64,000 nucleotides of DNA, taken from the NCBI GenBank assembly GCA_035999335.1, contig DASYGV010000077.1, forward strand, positions 7,064-71,063, given 5' to 3'. How positions within the stretch are numbered: position 1 is the first letter of the stretch; every line of letters begins with the position of its first letter. This document shows, one piece after another, positions 38,620-48,192 of this stretch. The DNA is from Thermoanaerobaculia bacterium (GTDB taxonomy: Bacteria; Acidobacteriota; Thermoanaerobaculia; Gp7-AA8). The position numbers and the translations under genes are program-made. The notes under the pieces are model-generated. The model worked only from the letters and a program-made list of their open reading frames with translations, had not been told where the DNA came from and made no database searches.

Positions 38620-39900
38620 TCACGTAGTCGGGAGCCCGCGTCGCGCGATCGTCTCCATCACCTCGGCAAAGCGATCGAGCTCCTCGAACGTCGTGTAGAC
38701 GCTCGGCGTGATGCGGAGACCTTTGAACTCCTCGTGATCGATCGGCGTGACGAAGATCCGGTGCGCGTTGAACAAGTATTGCGCGAGCGGCACGGGCTCG
38801 ATCCCTTCGATCTCCACGGTGCCGATCGCGCACGACTGCGCGTCGTCGAGCGGCGTGTGGAAGCGAATGCGCGGGACGTCGCGCAGGCGCGTCTCCCAAT
38901 AGCGCGCGAGCGTTCGCAGCCGCGCTGCCTTCCGTTCCGCGCCGATCGCGCGATGAAAGAGGATCGCCTCGCCGATCGCGAGCCGCGGCGCCGCGGGATG
39001 CGTTCCGATCTCCTCGAACTTGCGGATGTCGGTGGTCTGCTTCTTTTCCGCGGCCATCAGCGGCCAGAGGCGCTCGATGCGGTCGCGGCGCACGTAGAGC
39101 ATGCCCGTGCCTTTCGGCGCGAAGAGCCACTTGTGCAGGCTGGTGCCGAAGTAGTCGCAGCCGATCTCGTCGCGCGTGAACGGGAAGTGCGCGAACGAAT
39201 GCGCGCCGTCGACGATGACTTCGATCCCGCGCGAGCGTCCCAGATCGCAGATCGCGCGCAGGGGCACGATCTGGCCGGTGATGTTGACGACGTGCGAAAC
39301 GAGAATCACGCGCGTCTTCGGTGTGATGCCTGCTTCGAACGCGCGCGTGATCTCGCCCGCGTCTTTCGGAGCGAGCGGCAGCTTCACGGTCTTGAGGACG
39401 ATCCCCTCGCGAAGCTCGCGCTGGCGAAGGGTCGTGAGCATGCGCCCGTAATCGTGCGTGGAGGTGAGAACCTCGTCACCGCGCTTCAGATCGAGCCCGA
39501 ACAGCAGGATCTCCAGCGACTCCGAGGCGTTGCGGGTGATGGCGATCTCCTCGCGATCGCACCCGAACAGCGCCGCCAGCTCGGTCCGGATCCGCTCCGA
39601 CTGCGGCTCGAGGATCTGCCACATCGTGTACGCGGTCGTGTCCTCCTGCTGCCACGTGTACCGCGTGTACGCCTCGGTGACGATCCGCGGCGACGGCGAG
39701 ACGCCGCCGTTGTTCAGGTTGACGATGCCGCGGCCGGAGGAGAACGACTGCTGGATGACGGACCAGAAGTCCGCGTCTGTTCGCGGGTGCTCGAGCTCTT
39801 TCGCGAGAGCGGTGATGGTGGGAACGGTGGCGGCGGCAAGGCCGACGACGGTTCCGGCGTTCGCGAGGAAGGCGCGGCGGGTGGAGCTGAGGTCGTTCAT
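38620..39900 (-). CDS. Class V aminotransferase-fold PLP enzyme with twin-arginine leader
   Basis: STRRAFLANAG Tat-like leader; SLHKW PLP-lysine motif; 426 aa. Confidence 0.8.
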   Translation of the reverse strand: MNDLSSTRRAFLANAGTVVGLAAATVPTITALAKELEHPRTDADFWSVIQQSFSSGRGIVNLNNGGVSPSPRIVTEAYTRYTWQQEDTTAYTMWQILEPQSERIRTELAALFGCDREEIAITRNASESLEILLFGLDLKRGDEVLTSTHDYGRMLTTLRQRELREGIVLKTVKLPLAPKDAGEITRAFEAGITPKTRVILVSHVVNITGQIVPLRAICDLGRSRGIEVIVDGAHSFAHFPFTRDEIGCDYFGTSLHKWLFAPKGTGMLYVRRDRIERLWPLMAAEKKQTTDIRKFEEIGTHPAAPRLAIGEAILFHRAIGAERKAARLRTLARYWETRLRDVPRIRFHTPLDDAQSCAIGTVEIEGIEPVPLAQYLFNAHRIFVTPIDHEEFKGLRITPSVYTTFEELDRFAEVMETIARRGLPTT

Positions 39901-39960
39901 TGAGGCGCGATGATACGCTGGTGGACCCGATCACGCGGAAACGGGATCCGAACTCGCTTC

Positions 39961-40263
39961 TCAGTCGAAATCCACTTCAACTTCGTCACTGATTTCAAGT
40001 TCGGCAAAGCAGGCCATGCAGAGTAGCTTCACGCCAGCACCGCTTTCCCAGTCGACCTCGTCGGAATCGATATCGACTTCAAGGACAAGAGGTCCTTCGC
40101 CGTCCCTCTTCGGAGCAAAGTCCCACATCCGCGTGACCTGCTCCGTTACGCGGAAAGGTGCGCTCCCGTTCCTCTCCCATGGGCCATGTCCGCCGTCGTT
40201 GCCACAGTGGGGACAGCGGACGCCGAACTCGGCCCATTGCAATGTCTTGCAGTGCGCATCCAT
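39961..40263 (-). CDS. Small acidic zinc-ribbon-like protein
   Basis: Internal ATG at 40263; CPHC ... CMAC cysteine pairs; acidic C-terminus; AT-richer DNA. Confidence 0.4.
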   Translation of the reverse strand: MDAHCKTLQWAEFGVRCPHCGNDGGHGPWERNGSAPFRVTEQVTRMWDFAPKRDGEGPLVLEVDIDSDEVDWESGAGVKLLCMACFAELEISDEVEVDFD

Positions 40264-40412
40264 AAGACCTCCGCATCGCGCAAAACTTTGCCCGAGCTTA
40301 CCTCGGTTCGCAGGCGCCGCGCTGAACTGCACTGCCTGCACAAAACGCAGAATTGAAAGGTGCGGAGCAGCGAAAACGCCACACCGGGTAGAATCGTGCC
40401 GGTCCGCCAATC

Positions 40413-40916
40413 ATGACGAAACTGCCCGATGGGCTGTACGACCTGCTGGTTACACAAGCGATCGAGCATGAGATTGCGCAGCTTGGTCAAAAACGCCGCG
40501 CTGATACGGAACCTCTGGAACCTGCGGACTCGCATCTGCTCCTTGCACGTCACATCGCCGGAGTCATTCGCAATGCTCTTCGCGAGATTCCAGAGGAAGA
40601 ACGAGTCCATCGACAGACGCAGATCAGCAACGAGATCCTGCGCAGCGTCTCGGTTTCGCTGCCGCAACAGTTCGCCGACGACGACTACGTCGCCGAACCT
40701 CCGCAGCGACTCGCTGCTGTGTATCCGATTGACGCTTTGAAGTCACGCCGGCCTGCAGCGCCGGAGATTCCTCTCAGCCAAAGCGATCTCCTCGTCAACG
40801 CTCGGGACGAACCCCGCATCGGCGCAGTACTGGAGAGGGAGATCGACTCCGCCGATCGTGTCGATCTGATCATCGCATTCATTCGATGGAGCGGCCTGCG
40901 GGTATGCTCCGTATAG
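40413..40916 (+). pseudogene. N-terminal fragment (about 165 aa) of a PLD(HKD)-nuclease/helicase-type protein
   Basis: LPDGLYDLLVTQAIEHEI...LLVNARDEPRIGAVLEREIDSADRVDLIIAFIRWSGLR resembles the start of roughly 1000-aa PLD plus DEAD-helicase proteins. The ORF stops right after the first PLD-region strand. Confidence 0.5.
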
Positions 40917-41127
40917 GAGCGGATGGTCACTCATTCAGAATCGGCGATGGTGTAGAAGAGCGTAGGTAATGACGCGTGCGAATATTGGCGTTGACGAGCA
41001 CTAGCTTTCGAAGCGCGCAGGGCTTCCAGGTCGAATTGCAGGATGAGCCACGTTCACCGAATTTCACGACAGTGGCGGCAATCATCGTGAGCCTCTTTCA
41101 GGACTCCGAAGGGCGTACAATCGACGG

Positions 41128-41826
41128 ATGGTAAATTGCTGGGCTAACGTTCTCGGGGATTGTGCCGGCGGTCAGAGTCGGGAGCACTACCTGAGCCGTA
41201 GTGTGATCGGGTCAGGAGATGTGACGGTGTCCGGTTTTCCATTTCTGCGTGGCGACACGCGGACAATATCTGTAAACCGATTGGTGGCCAAAATTTTGTG
41301 CAGAAAGCATAACGAAGCACTCTCAGAAGTTGACACGGCCGCAGGGCATTTCTTCAATGTGATGCGAGCCTTTAGGCACCGTGCCGCTATGCGAGCAAAG
41401 GGTTACCGGAAGCCGGGTGGAATTGATATGTACGATGTTGATGGTTTCCTCGTGGAGCGATGGATGCTTAAGACAATAATCAATTTGATGGTAGATCAGC
41501 CTTTACGCCAAGAACGCTGGCGTCCCGATGACGTCTGGGTTCGCTGTGCATACGGTCTGGCGCCGTTTCCTGATCGCTGTGGGTTATATTTGCTGGCTGA
41601 TAACAAATACCGGAAAGCCTCGCCCGATTCTGGGATATGTATTTGGACTCTGACGAAAGGAAAGAACGCGGATCTTCTTACCGGCGGTCACTACAAAATC
41701 GAAGAGGCGCAGTTCGCTATCACAATGGCGCCTCTCGCGGGCGCACACCAACCTCTTTATCGGCTTCGCGCACTCAAGGACAAGCCGGCTCTTGAACTTC
41801 GCCAGATAATCAATTTCCGATGGTGA
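41128..41826 (+). CDS. Hypothetical protein with possible His-Me finger (HNH-like) signature
   Basis: NCWANVLGDCAGGQSREHYLS ... KILCRKHNEALSEVD (C..C..EH then C..HN..L..D). AT-richer DNA; no neighbours in the same operon. Confidence 0.45.
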   Translation: MVNCWANVLGDCAGGQSREHYLSRSVIGSGDVTVSGFPFLRGDTRTISVNRLVAKILCRKHNEALSEVDTAAGHFFNVMRAFRHRAAMRAKGYRKPGGIDMYDVDGFLVERWMLKTIINLMVDQPLRQERWRPDDVWVRCAYGLAPFPDRCGLYLLADNKYRKASPDSGICIWTLTKGKNADLLTGGHYKIEEAQFAITMAPLAGAHQPLYRLRALKDKPALELRQIINFRW

Positions 41827-41853
41827 CCTTTCCTTTAGTGGCTAAACATCCTG

Positions 41854-42476
41854 TTAAGTGACGCTGGCGAGCCGCTCCCGCCGGCTCATGTAGCGGAGCG
41901 TCTCTTCGTCGGCGTAGGTAAGAACTGCTAAGGCGTCACGTCGCGATACGTGCGACAACGGAATCGCCGCGAACGGTTGAATAGATGGTGCGATGAGCCG
42001 CGCGACGAGCGCGGATGTGGCGGCCATCGCAAAATGGTTGTCGACGTTGTCGATGAATCGGTGGATTTCGTTCCCGCGCGCATCCTTGTCAGCGACTTTC
42101 TGGAGCTTCTTCAGATGTTCGCGAACGTCCTTGATAGGGGTGTTCGTTCATCCGGAATCAGCAGCCCCCGCTCCGTGTGTGTTGCCTCGGCACACCTGCG
42201 TTCGAGCAGGCGGTTGCGATCGATCTTCGCGAGCCAATACTTCGGCGTCGACTCGGCGTCGCGATGCGCACTTCCAACGCCGTCGTCGGTGACGAGTTGC
42301 TCGGCCAGCGTCAGCTCCTTCCCGTTATCGAACTGGAGCAGAGCGAGCGTTTGCCGATGATCCGAGGCGAGACGTTGCGAGCTGTCAAACAGAGGCATCA
42401 TGTCGCACACGCCGAACCGCGGTGCGAACTGCGCGATCAACTCGCGCGTGCGCTCTTCCCACTTCGAGCTGTGCAT
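41854..42476 (-). pseudogene. Frameshifted hypothetical gene
   Basis: ORF 42111-42476 continues in another frame (PIKDVREHLKKLQKVADKDARGNEIHRFIDNVDNHF...RERLASVT, stop at 41854). The shift maps to the G4/C4 run at 42137-42140. Confidence 0.45.
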
Positions 42477-42766
42477 CCCGAAAATGCACTCTCGGCAGGT
42501 TGCGGTTCAGCGAGGCTGATTCGCTCAGAAACGACTGATATCTCGGATGCTTGCGCCGACGTGGCTATCCAAGCTCGGATGCACTCACGTCGCGCACTCT
42601 TCCTTGCGCGCACACGACCGCCCATTCGGCCGCTACTCGCGCTCAACGCACGACGACACAGACGTTTAGATCGAATTGTTCGCTGCTGGATGGGGTGTTT
42701 CGCGTTGGGTTTGATGGTGGCGGTTCTTGCGAAACACTCGTTCGCGACTCTTCGCGGCGCACGGTG

Positions 42767-42806
42767 CGCTGAATCGGCGCGAAGTGATGCCGATTCAGCG
42801 CTTTTC
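42767..42806 (+). terminator. Orphan Rho-independent terminator-like hairpin
   Basis: GCGCTGAATCGG / CCGATTCAGCGC 12-bp stem, 12-nt loop, then TTTT. No intact upstream plus-strand gene. Confidence 0.45.
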
Positions 42807-42944
42807 CGTCCGGCTTCCGTCCGGCTATTGTCCGGGCTGTCCGGGCAATTTTCTTTGCAGGAGTTCCTGCAACTTCATACCGCCTCGCAGAACGCAGGCG
42901 CGGGACGCCTGCGGGCCAGCCGGCGAGGACGCCGGCGTTCCTCA

Positions 42945-44348
42945 TCACCGCCGCACGGAGCGCCGCCGCCCGCCCGGCATTTCGATCTTCGCCCACGACG
43001 TCGCCCAGGTTCCGTTCTTCGCGTGGATCTGCGTCGTCCAGAACGACGCGTCGTCGACCGGATCGACGAGCGTGGTCGTGTAGTCGCCCCAGCGATCGTC
43101 GAACGTCACCGCCGTTTCCCCCGCGCGGATCGGTGCGACCGTGCTGACGCGGCCGAGGAAGTCGCGATAGATGTAGCCGGATGCGGCGTACTGCGTCGCG
43201 GAAAAATGTCCGAAGCCGATCAGCATCGAGCCATGACGGTTCACCGCGATGGATGGATAAGCGAAGACGCGTCCTTGCGGATCCGTCAGCGAGCCCCACT
43301 CCGCGTCACCCGTGTCCGGGTCGAACTTGCACCACACGATCGTCGAGGAAGCACCCGGCGCGTCGCGCGTGAGCGTCACGTAGATCTTCCCGTGCCGCTC
43401 GACGGCGTTCTGGACCACGTCGTAGCCGCCATCGAGCACGAACGCGGTGCCGAGTTGCGGGAGATACGGCTCGGCCGTTCGCCACGAGGGCGGCTCGGCG
43501 ATGAAGCGCACGCTGGAGGCGCCGAGGCGCTGCACGGCGATGCCGTTGTTGGAGACGGAGCTGACGACGTATTCGACCGCGCGATCGGTGCTCACCGGCT
43601 GCGCGTAGTCCAGGCTCACGTTGTATTGCGTCAGCGGGAGCGTCGGCGGCATCGCGTAGAGATGCTGCTTTTGCACGGATGCGAACACGGCGTTGTTTGA
43701 CGGCCAGCGCAGCGTGCCGAAGACCACGGTGTCGCGCGTGATCGCCAGCATCGAGAAGTCGCAGTCCGAAACGGAGAGCTGGTAGCGTCGCCACGTGCCG
43801 GTCGGATCGCCGCTCTCCGAGACGGCGAACATCATCGCCTCTTCGTCGAAGATGGTCATCATCACCCAGCGGTCGGCGCCGGCGTCGTACACCGCGCGCG
43901 GGTCGTAATACACGCCACTCGGGGAGTTGGCCGACCAGAACTGCGACTGCGCGACGGTCTTCAGAACGTTGCCGTCGCGGTCGTGCACGATGATGCGCGC
44001 ATTCGAGATGCTGAGGACGTGCGCCGGACCGACCGCGCCCGTCGCGTCGGGAGGAGTCAGGTTCTTCGACGTGTCGGAGTCGAAGACCGTCGTCATCGGC
44101 GGCGGCGCGATCGTGACCGCCGGCGCGGAAAGCTCCCCGGACGAGCTCGGCGCTTCGAGGCGCGCACGGAATTGCGGAACGTGACGATGGACGATTCTGC
44201 GCCGCTGCTCGAGGAACGGCCTCGCGGCCAGCTCGCCCATCGCCGCGCGCGGGAGCGCAACCGCGTGGACGATTTCCTGCGCGACGACTGGGATCGAGAG
44301 GACGAGGGACAGGAGAAGCGCGGAGAACGAACGAGGAAAGGTCATCAT
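42945..44348 (-). CDS. Exported hypothetical protein
   Basis: Internal ATG pair at 44348 gives MMTFPRSFSALLLSLVLSIPVVAQ; 467 aa, beta-rich composition. Confidence 0.6.
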   Translation of the reverse strand: MMTFPRSFSALLLSLVLSIPVVAQEIVHAVALPRAAMGELAARPFLEQRRRIVHRHVPQFRARLEAPSSSGELSAPAVTIAPPPMTTVFDSDTSKNLTPPDATGAVGPAHVLSISNARIIVHDRDGNVLKTVAQSQFWSANSPSGVYYDPRAVYDAGADRWVMMTIFDEEAMMFAVSESGDPTGTWRRYQLSVSDCDFSMLAITRDTVVFGTLRWPSNNAVFASVQKQHLYAMPPTLPLTQYNVSLDYAQPVSTDRAVEYVVSSVSNNGIAVQRLGASSVRFIAEPPSWRTAEPYLPQLGTAFVLDGGYDVVQNAVERHGKIYVTLTRDAPGASSTIVWCKFDPDTGDAEWGSLTDPQGRVFAYPSIAVNRHGSMLIGFGHFSATQYAASGYIYRDFLGRVSTVAPIRAGETAVTFDDRWGDYTTTLVDPVDDASFWTTQIHAKNGTWATSWAKIEMPGGRRRSVRR

Positions 44349-44421
44349 GAGTGCGCCCGCGGACCGAAGGCGCGCCATTTTGCCACGATTTGACAAGACC
44401 GAACCCCGGACCTACCCTGAA

Positions 44422-44476
44422 GATCGCTGGATTGATTTGGGGGCGGCTTGCAACCAGCTTAAAAAAAGCTAAAGAG
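44422..44476 (+). promoter_or_regulatory. Candidate SAM-II/SAM-V-like pseudoknot riboswitch
   Basis: CUGG..CCAG helix enclosing GAUUGAUUUGG...GGCUUGC, then A-rich tail AAAAAAAGCUAAAG able to pair with GGCUU. Lies in the leader of a methionine-cycle gene. Confidence 0.3.
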
Positions 44477-44503
44477 CCGGCATTCGAGTTCGAGTACAAG
44501 CTG

Positions 44504-44537
44504 CCCCGCGTCGTTTCGGCGTGGGGTTTTTGTTTTT
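44504..44537 (+). terminator. Intrinsic terminator/attenuator in the leader of the YitJ-like gene
   Basis: CCCCGCGTCG / CGGCGTGGGG stem (one or two G-U pairs), UUU loop, then TTTTTGTTTTT, ending 13 nt before the ATG. Confidence 0.55.
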
Positions 44538-44549
44538 GGGCTACTGACC

Positions 44550-46418
44550 ATGGATTTCATCCAGGCAATCGCAGACGAACACGTCTACCTCTTCGACGGC
44601 GCGATGGGGACGATGCTCTATTCGAAGGGCGTCTTCATCAACAAGTGCTACGACGAGCTGAACGTCCGCAACCCGGAGATCGTGCTCGAAGTGCACCGCC
44701 AGTACGTCCGGGCCGGCGCGGAGATCCTCGAGACCAACACCTACGGCGCGAATCGCGTGAAGCTGCACGGCTTCGGCATCGAGAACGAGCTGCGCGACAT
44801 CAACCTGCGCGCCGCGGAGATCGCGCGCAAAGCCGCGGGCGACTCCGTGTACGTCGCCGGCGCCATCGGTCCCCTCGGCATCCGTATCGAGCCCTACGGA
44901 CCCACCGCGCTCGACGAAGCGCGCGACATCTTCCGCGAACAGGCCACCGCGCTGAACGACGCCGGCGTGGATCTCTTCATCTGCGAGACCTTCTCCAACA
45001 TCAGCGAGATCGAGCAGGCCGTGGCCGCGGTCCGCGAGATCTGTTCCCTTCCGGTCATCGCGCAGATGACCATCGGCACCGACGGCCGCACGATCTTCGG
45101 CGACGTGCCGCGCGACTTCGCGCAGCGCCTCGACCGGGCCGGCGCCGACGTCATCGGCATCAACTGCTCGGTCGGTCCCGATCTCATGCTCGACGCGATC
45201 GAGGAGATCGCCGCCGTCACCGCGAAGAAGATCTCCTGTCAGCCGAACGCCGGCTTGCCGCGCGACGTGAACGGGCGGCAGATGTACATGGCCTCCCCGG
45301 AGTACTTCTCGAAGTACGCGAAGAGGCTCATCCACAAGGGCGTCAAGTTCATCGGCGGCTGCTGCGGCACGACGCCGGAGCACATCAAGATGATGTCCGA
45401 CGCGGTGCGTCCGCTGTCGCCGCGGCGCTCGTTCGTGGTCATCGAGCGCAACGGCAAGTCGGGCGAAAAAGGCGCGGGCTTCGAGCCGCTGCCGATGGAG
45501 ACGCGCTCGAACTGGGGACGCAAGCTGGCCGCCGGCGAGTTCGTCACCACGATCGAGATCGTGCCGCCGAAGGGTCCCAACGCCGACGCGATGCTCAAGC
45601 AGGTCGAGACGATCAAGGCCGCGGGCGTGGACGGCGTCAATGTCCCCGACGGGCCGCGCGCGCAGAACCGCATGGGCGCGATCGCGGTCGCGGTGCTGCT
45701 GCAGCAGCGCATCGGCATCGAGGCCGTGCTGCACTACTGCTGCCGCGACCGCAATCTCCTCGGCATGCACAGCGATCTCCTCGGCTGCGCCGCGCTCGGA
45801 CTGCGCAACATGCTGCTCATCACCGGCGATCCGCCCAAGATGGGTCCTTACCCCGAGGCGACGGCGGTGTTCGACATCGACTCGATCGGCCTGACGAACA
45901 TGGTCAGCCTGATGAACCGCGGCCTCGACCTCGGCGGCAACCCCTTCGGCGAGCCCACGCGCTTCACCATCGGCGTCGGCGTGAATCCGGGCCACCTCGA
46001 CCTCGAATACGAGCTGAAGCGCCTCGAGTGGAAGGTGAAGGCCGGCGCCGAGTACGCGATCACCCAGCCGGTGTTCGACGTCCGCCAGCTCGAGTATTTC
46101 CTCCAGCGCATCGAGCACCTGAAACTCCCGATCGTTGCCGGCATCTGGCCGCTGCTGTCCTACCGCAACGCGCAGTTCATGAACAACGAAGTCCCCGGCG
46201 TGTCCGTCCCCGACGACGTAATGGAGCGCATGCGCATCGCATCGGAAAAGAGCAAAGAGCACGCGCTCCACGAAGGCGTGACCATCGCCCGCGAAACGCT
46301 CGAGCGCGTCCGCGATCGCGTCGCAGGCGTGCAGGTGAGCGCGCCGCTGGGCCGCGTGGATCTCGCGCTGCAGGTGTTCGAGGGGATGAACGCAATACAC
46401 GCCACTCTGTCATCCTGA
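44550..46418 (+). CDS. yitJ: Bifunctional homocysteine S-methyltransferase / 5,10-methylenetetrahydrofolate reductase (YitJ-like)
   Basis: N-terminal Hcy-binding domain (LFDGAMGTMLY, GGCCGTTPEHI) fused to an MTHFR domain (LHYCCRDRN, ITGDPPK). Stop codon lies in a family-1 repeat arm. Confidence 0.9.
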   Translation: MDFIQAIADEHVYLFDGAMGTMLYSKGVFINKCYDELNVRNPEIVLEVHRQYVRAGAEILETNTYGANRVKLHGFGIENELRDINLRAAEIARKAAGDSVYVAGAIGPLGIRIEPYGPTALDEARDIFREQATALNDAGVDLFICETFSNISEIEQAVAAVREICSLPVIAQMTIGTDGRTIFGDVPRDFAQRLDRAGADVIGINCSVGPDLMLDAIEEIAAVTAKKISCQPNAGLPRDVNGRQMYMASPEYFSKYAKRLIHKGVKFIGGCCGTTPEHIKMMSDAVRPLSPRRSFVVIERNGKSGEKGAGFEPLPMETRSNWGRKLAAGEFVTTIEIVPPKGPNADAMLKQVETIKAAGVDGVNVPDGPRAQNRMGAIAVAVLLQQRIGIEAVLHYCCRDRNLLGMHSDLLGCAALGLRNMLLITGDPPKMGPYPEATAVFDIDSIGLTNMVSLMNRGLDLGGNPFGEPTRFTIGVGVNPGHLDLEYELKRLEWKVKAGAEYAITQPVFDVRQLEYFLQRIEHLKLPIVAGIWPLLSYRNAQFMNNEVPGVSVPDDVMERMRIASEKSKEHALHEGVTIARETLERVRDRVAGVQVSAPLGRVDLALQVFEGMNAIHATLSS

Positions 46419-46439
46419 GCCGCGCAGACGGCGAAGGAC
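46409..46439. repeat. Family-1 element, left arm only
   Basis: GTCATCCTGAGCCGCGCAGACGGCGAAGGAC; supplies the last codons (LSS) and the TGA of the YitJ-like gene. Confidence 0.5.
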
Positions 46440-46797
46440 CCCCTTGCATTGAGCGCTTTACCGTTTTCGCGACCGCGACTCGCCGCGATCCTCGCACATG
46501 CGACAACCACCTGTGCTGGAACCTCCCGTATTACACGTCGTCAGCGCTCCAATTCGCCGCGCTCTGCGTCATTTTTGTTCCATAGCGCGGCATGTTCCAT
46601 CACATCGCGACAAACGCGATGAGAGTGCCCATACGTAGACCAGGCGAGTACAAGTTGGAGTAGGACGTAGGCGGACGATGGATGGTCCCCATCCTCTCCG
46701 GAAGGGATCATGAGCACTCGGAAGCTGCGAACGGCATCGTGCTTCGCGATATAGTTGCCGGCACTCGCGATCGGCCCTGCGAAAAATTGGAGGTTGC

Positions 46798-47664
46798 TTG
46801 GAAGGCTGCCTTTTCATCATCTTGGTCATCGTCGCCGCTCTTATCGCTATACCCATCAGCATCTCGCAAGCCGAGAAGAGACGCGAAGCCGCGGCTCAGG
46901 AAGCGGCGCGCGAGAGGGCCGAGCGCGAGCGGGCTGAAGCCGAGCGCCAACGCGATTTCGCACAGCAGAACCAATTTATCACTCAAATACGGAGCATCAA
47001 CGAAGAATCACTCAGTGCTTTTGAATCGATGCCAGTCGAGGTAGAGACGGCGGAAAAGTATCTAGACCAAGCTGAAGTAGATTTTTCCGAAGGAGCTTTC
47101 GCTCCGTTTTGGACCTCAGTCGAAAAAGCGACCTTGGCTCTCGCGAGATTCGACGAGAATGTCTCGAAGATCGAGAGGAATTCGTCTAAGTATGTTGATT
47201 TGGTAAAAGGGTACAGGGGTCGGTCGCCAGTGTTCTCCATATCACCGGACTCGACACCGAAGTTGAAGATTGCTTTTGAGACGTCGAAGCGAATGAGCGA
47301 GATTGTTCGTAAGGCGCAGCGCAACTTTGAATTCTCCTTGATCTACGAACAGAGGAAAACCAACCAGATCCTGGTCGCGGGTTTCAGGAGTCTAGCGCAA
47401 GCCTTGGAGGAGATGACTTGGAGGATCACTTCCTCAATCGATGACCTTACGAACTCGGTTGATAGAATGAGTTCGACGCTGAACGCATCATTACAAAAGA
47501 TTCACGATCAAACTGAGAGGATTGCGGTGAGCGCAGAGAAACATCGCGAAGAAGTTGCGAAAGAAGCATCTGGCAGAGGCGAGAGAGAGCGTAAAACACT
47601 CGAAATGCTCGACAACCTTCAGCGGAAACGCTATCCCAGTATTATTCATGGTGGCTTGCGGTAA
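46798..47664 (+). CDS. Hypothetical membrane-anchored coiled-coil protein
   Basis: TTG start 4 nt after GGAGG; N-terminal TM FIILVIVAALIAIPI; Glu/Arg/Ala-rich helix; AT-richer DNA. Confidence 0.55.
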   Translation: MEGCLFIILVIVAALIAIPISISQAEKRREAAAQEAARERAERERAEAERQRDFAQQNQFITQIRSINEESLSAFESMPVEVETAEKYLDQAEVDFSEGAFAPFWTSVEKATLALARFDENVSKIERNSSKYVDLVKGYRGRSPVFSISPDSTPKLKIAFETSKRMSEIVRKAQRNFEFSLIYEQRKTNQILVAGFRSLAQALEEMTWRITSSIDDLTNSVDRMSSTLNASLQKIHDQTERIAVSAEKHREEVAKEASGRGERERKTLEMLDNLQRKRYPSIIHGGLR

Positions 47665-47849
47665 ACAGGCGGTCTGAGTATTACGTACTAAGAAATGGCG
47701 CGATCTACAGGATGCTTTCGTTCCTGAGGTCGCGACCATCTATGAGGCCAACATCAACATACGGTCGGCGACGCGGCGAAGCGAAGGATCGCGGAGCGTG
47801 CAAAGAGCGGGCTACGCAGCGTGAATCATCCACAGCTGTACTCGCTGGG

Positions 47850-48191
47850 TTATTGCGTCTCCCGGATGACGAAGTCTCCGCCCGGCGATGTCGCCTTCAG
47901 CAATGCGTCCAGTTTTTCGAGAGTCGGTGCGGCTTCGCCCCGCTCATATCGCGCGTAAGCATTTCGCGACGTCGCGCTGAGTCGCGATGCCATATCTCTT
48001 AGCGAAGCGCCGCTTGCTGCCCGGCGGCGGCGCAGTAAGAGCGCGACCATGGACGTCGCGTCAGAACCGGAGACCTCGAATTCAGCACGGCCCTTTTCGT
48101 GTACGGTTGCGTAGAAGTCGCTGCGGTTCACGGCGGTTTCGAGCCAGTCCTTCACCATCTCGAGGGCCTCGCGTCGTGTGCGGCCTTGCAA
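47850..48191 (-). CDS. XRE-type HTH protein resembling the C-terminal part of HicB antitoxins (possibly 5'-truncated)
   Basis: REALEMVKDWLE (end of a HicB-like N-domain) then ASLRDMASRL..SRNAYARYERGEAAPTLEKL HTH. Only a TTG start 1 nt after the upstream stop, or an ATG 11 codons in. Confidence 0.55.
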   Translation of the reverse strand: MQGRTRREALEMVKDWLETAVNRSDFYATVHEKGRAEFEVSGSDATSMVALLLRRRRAASGASLRDMASRLSATSRNAYARYERGEAAPTLEKLDALLKATSPGGDFVIRETQ

Positions 48192-48192
48192 C

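Noticed and set aside
44541-46400. 619-aa minus-strand ORF antisense to the YitJ-like gene
   Set aside because: No motifs and a composition typical of an antisense frame. The plus frame has clear Hcy-methyltransferase and MTHFR signatures.
46547-46790. Start-less minus-strand ORF (..AGNYIAKHDAVRSFRVLMIPSGEDGDHPSSAYVLLQLVLAWSTYGHSHRVCRDVMEHAALWNKNDAERGELER)
   Set aside because: It reads protein-like and may be a 5'-truncated gene remnant at the left edge of cargo X. However, it has no start codon, no recognisable motif, and is too short to support.
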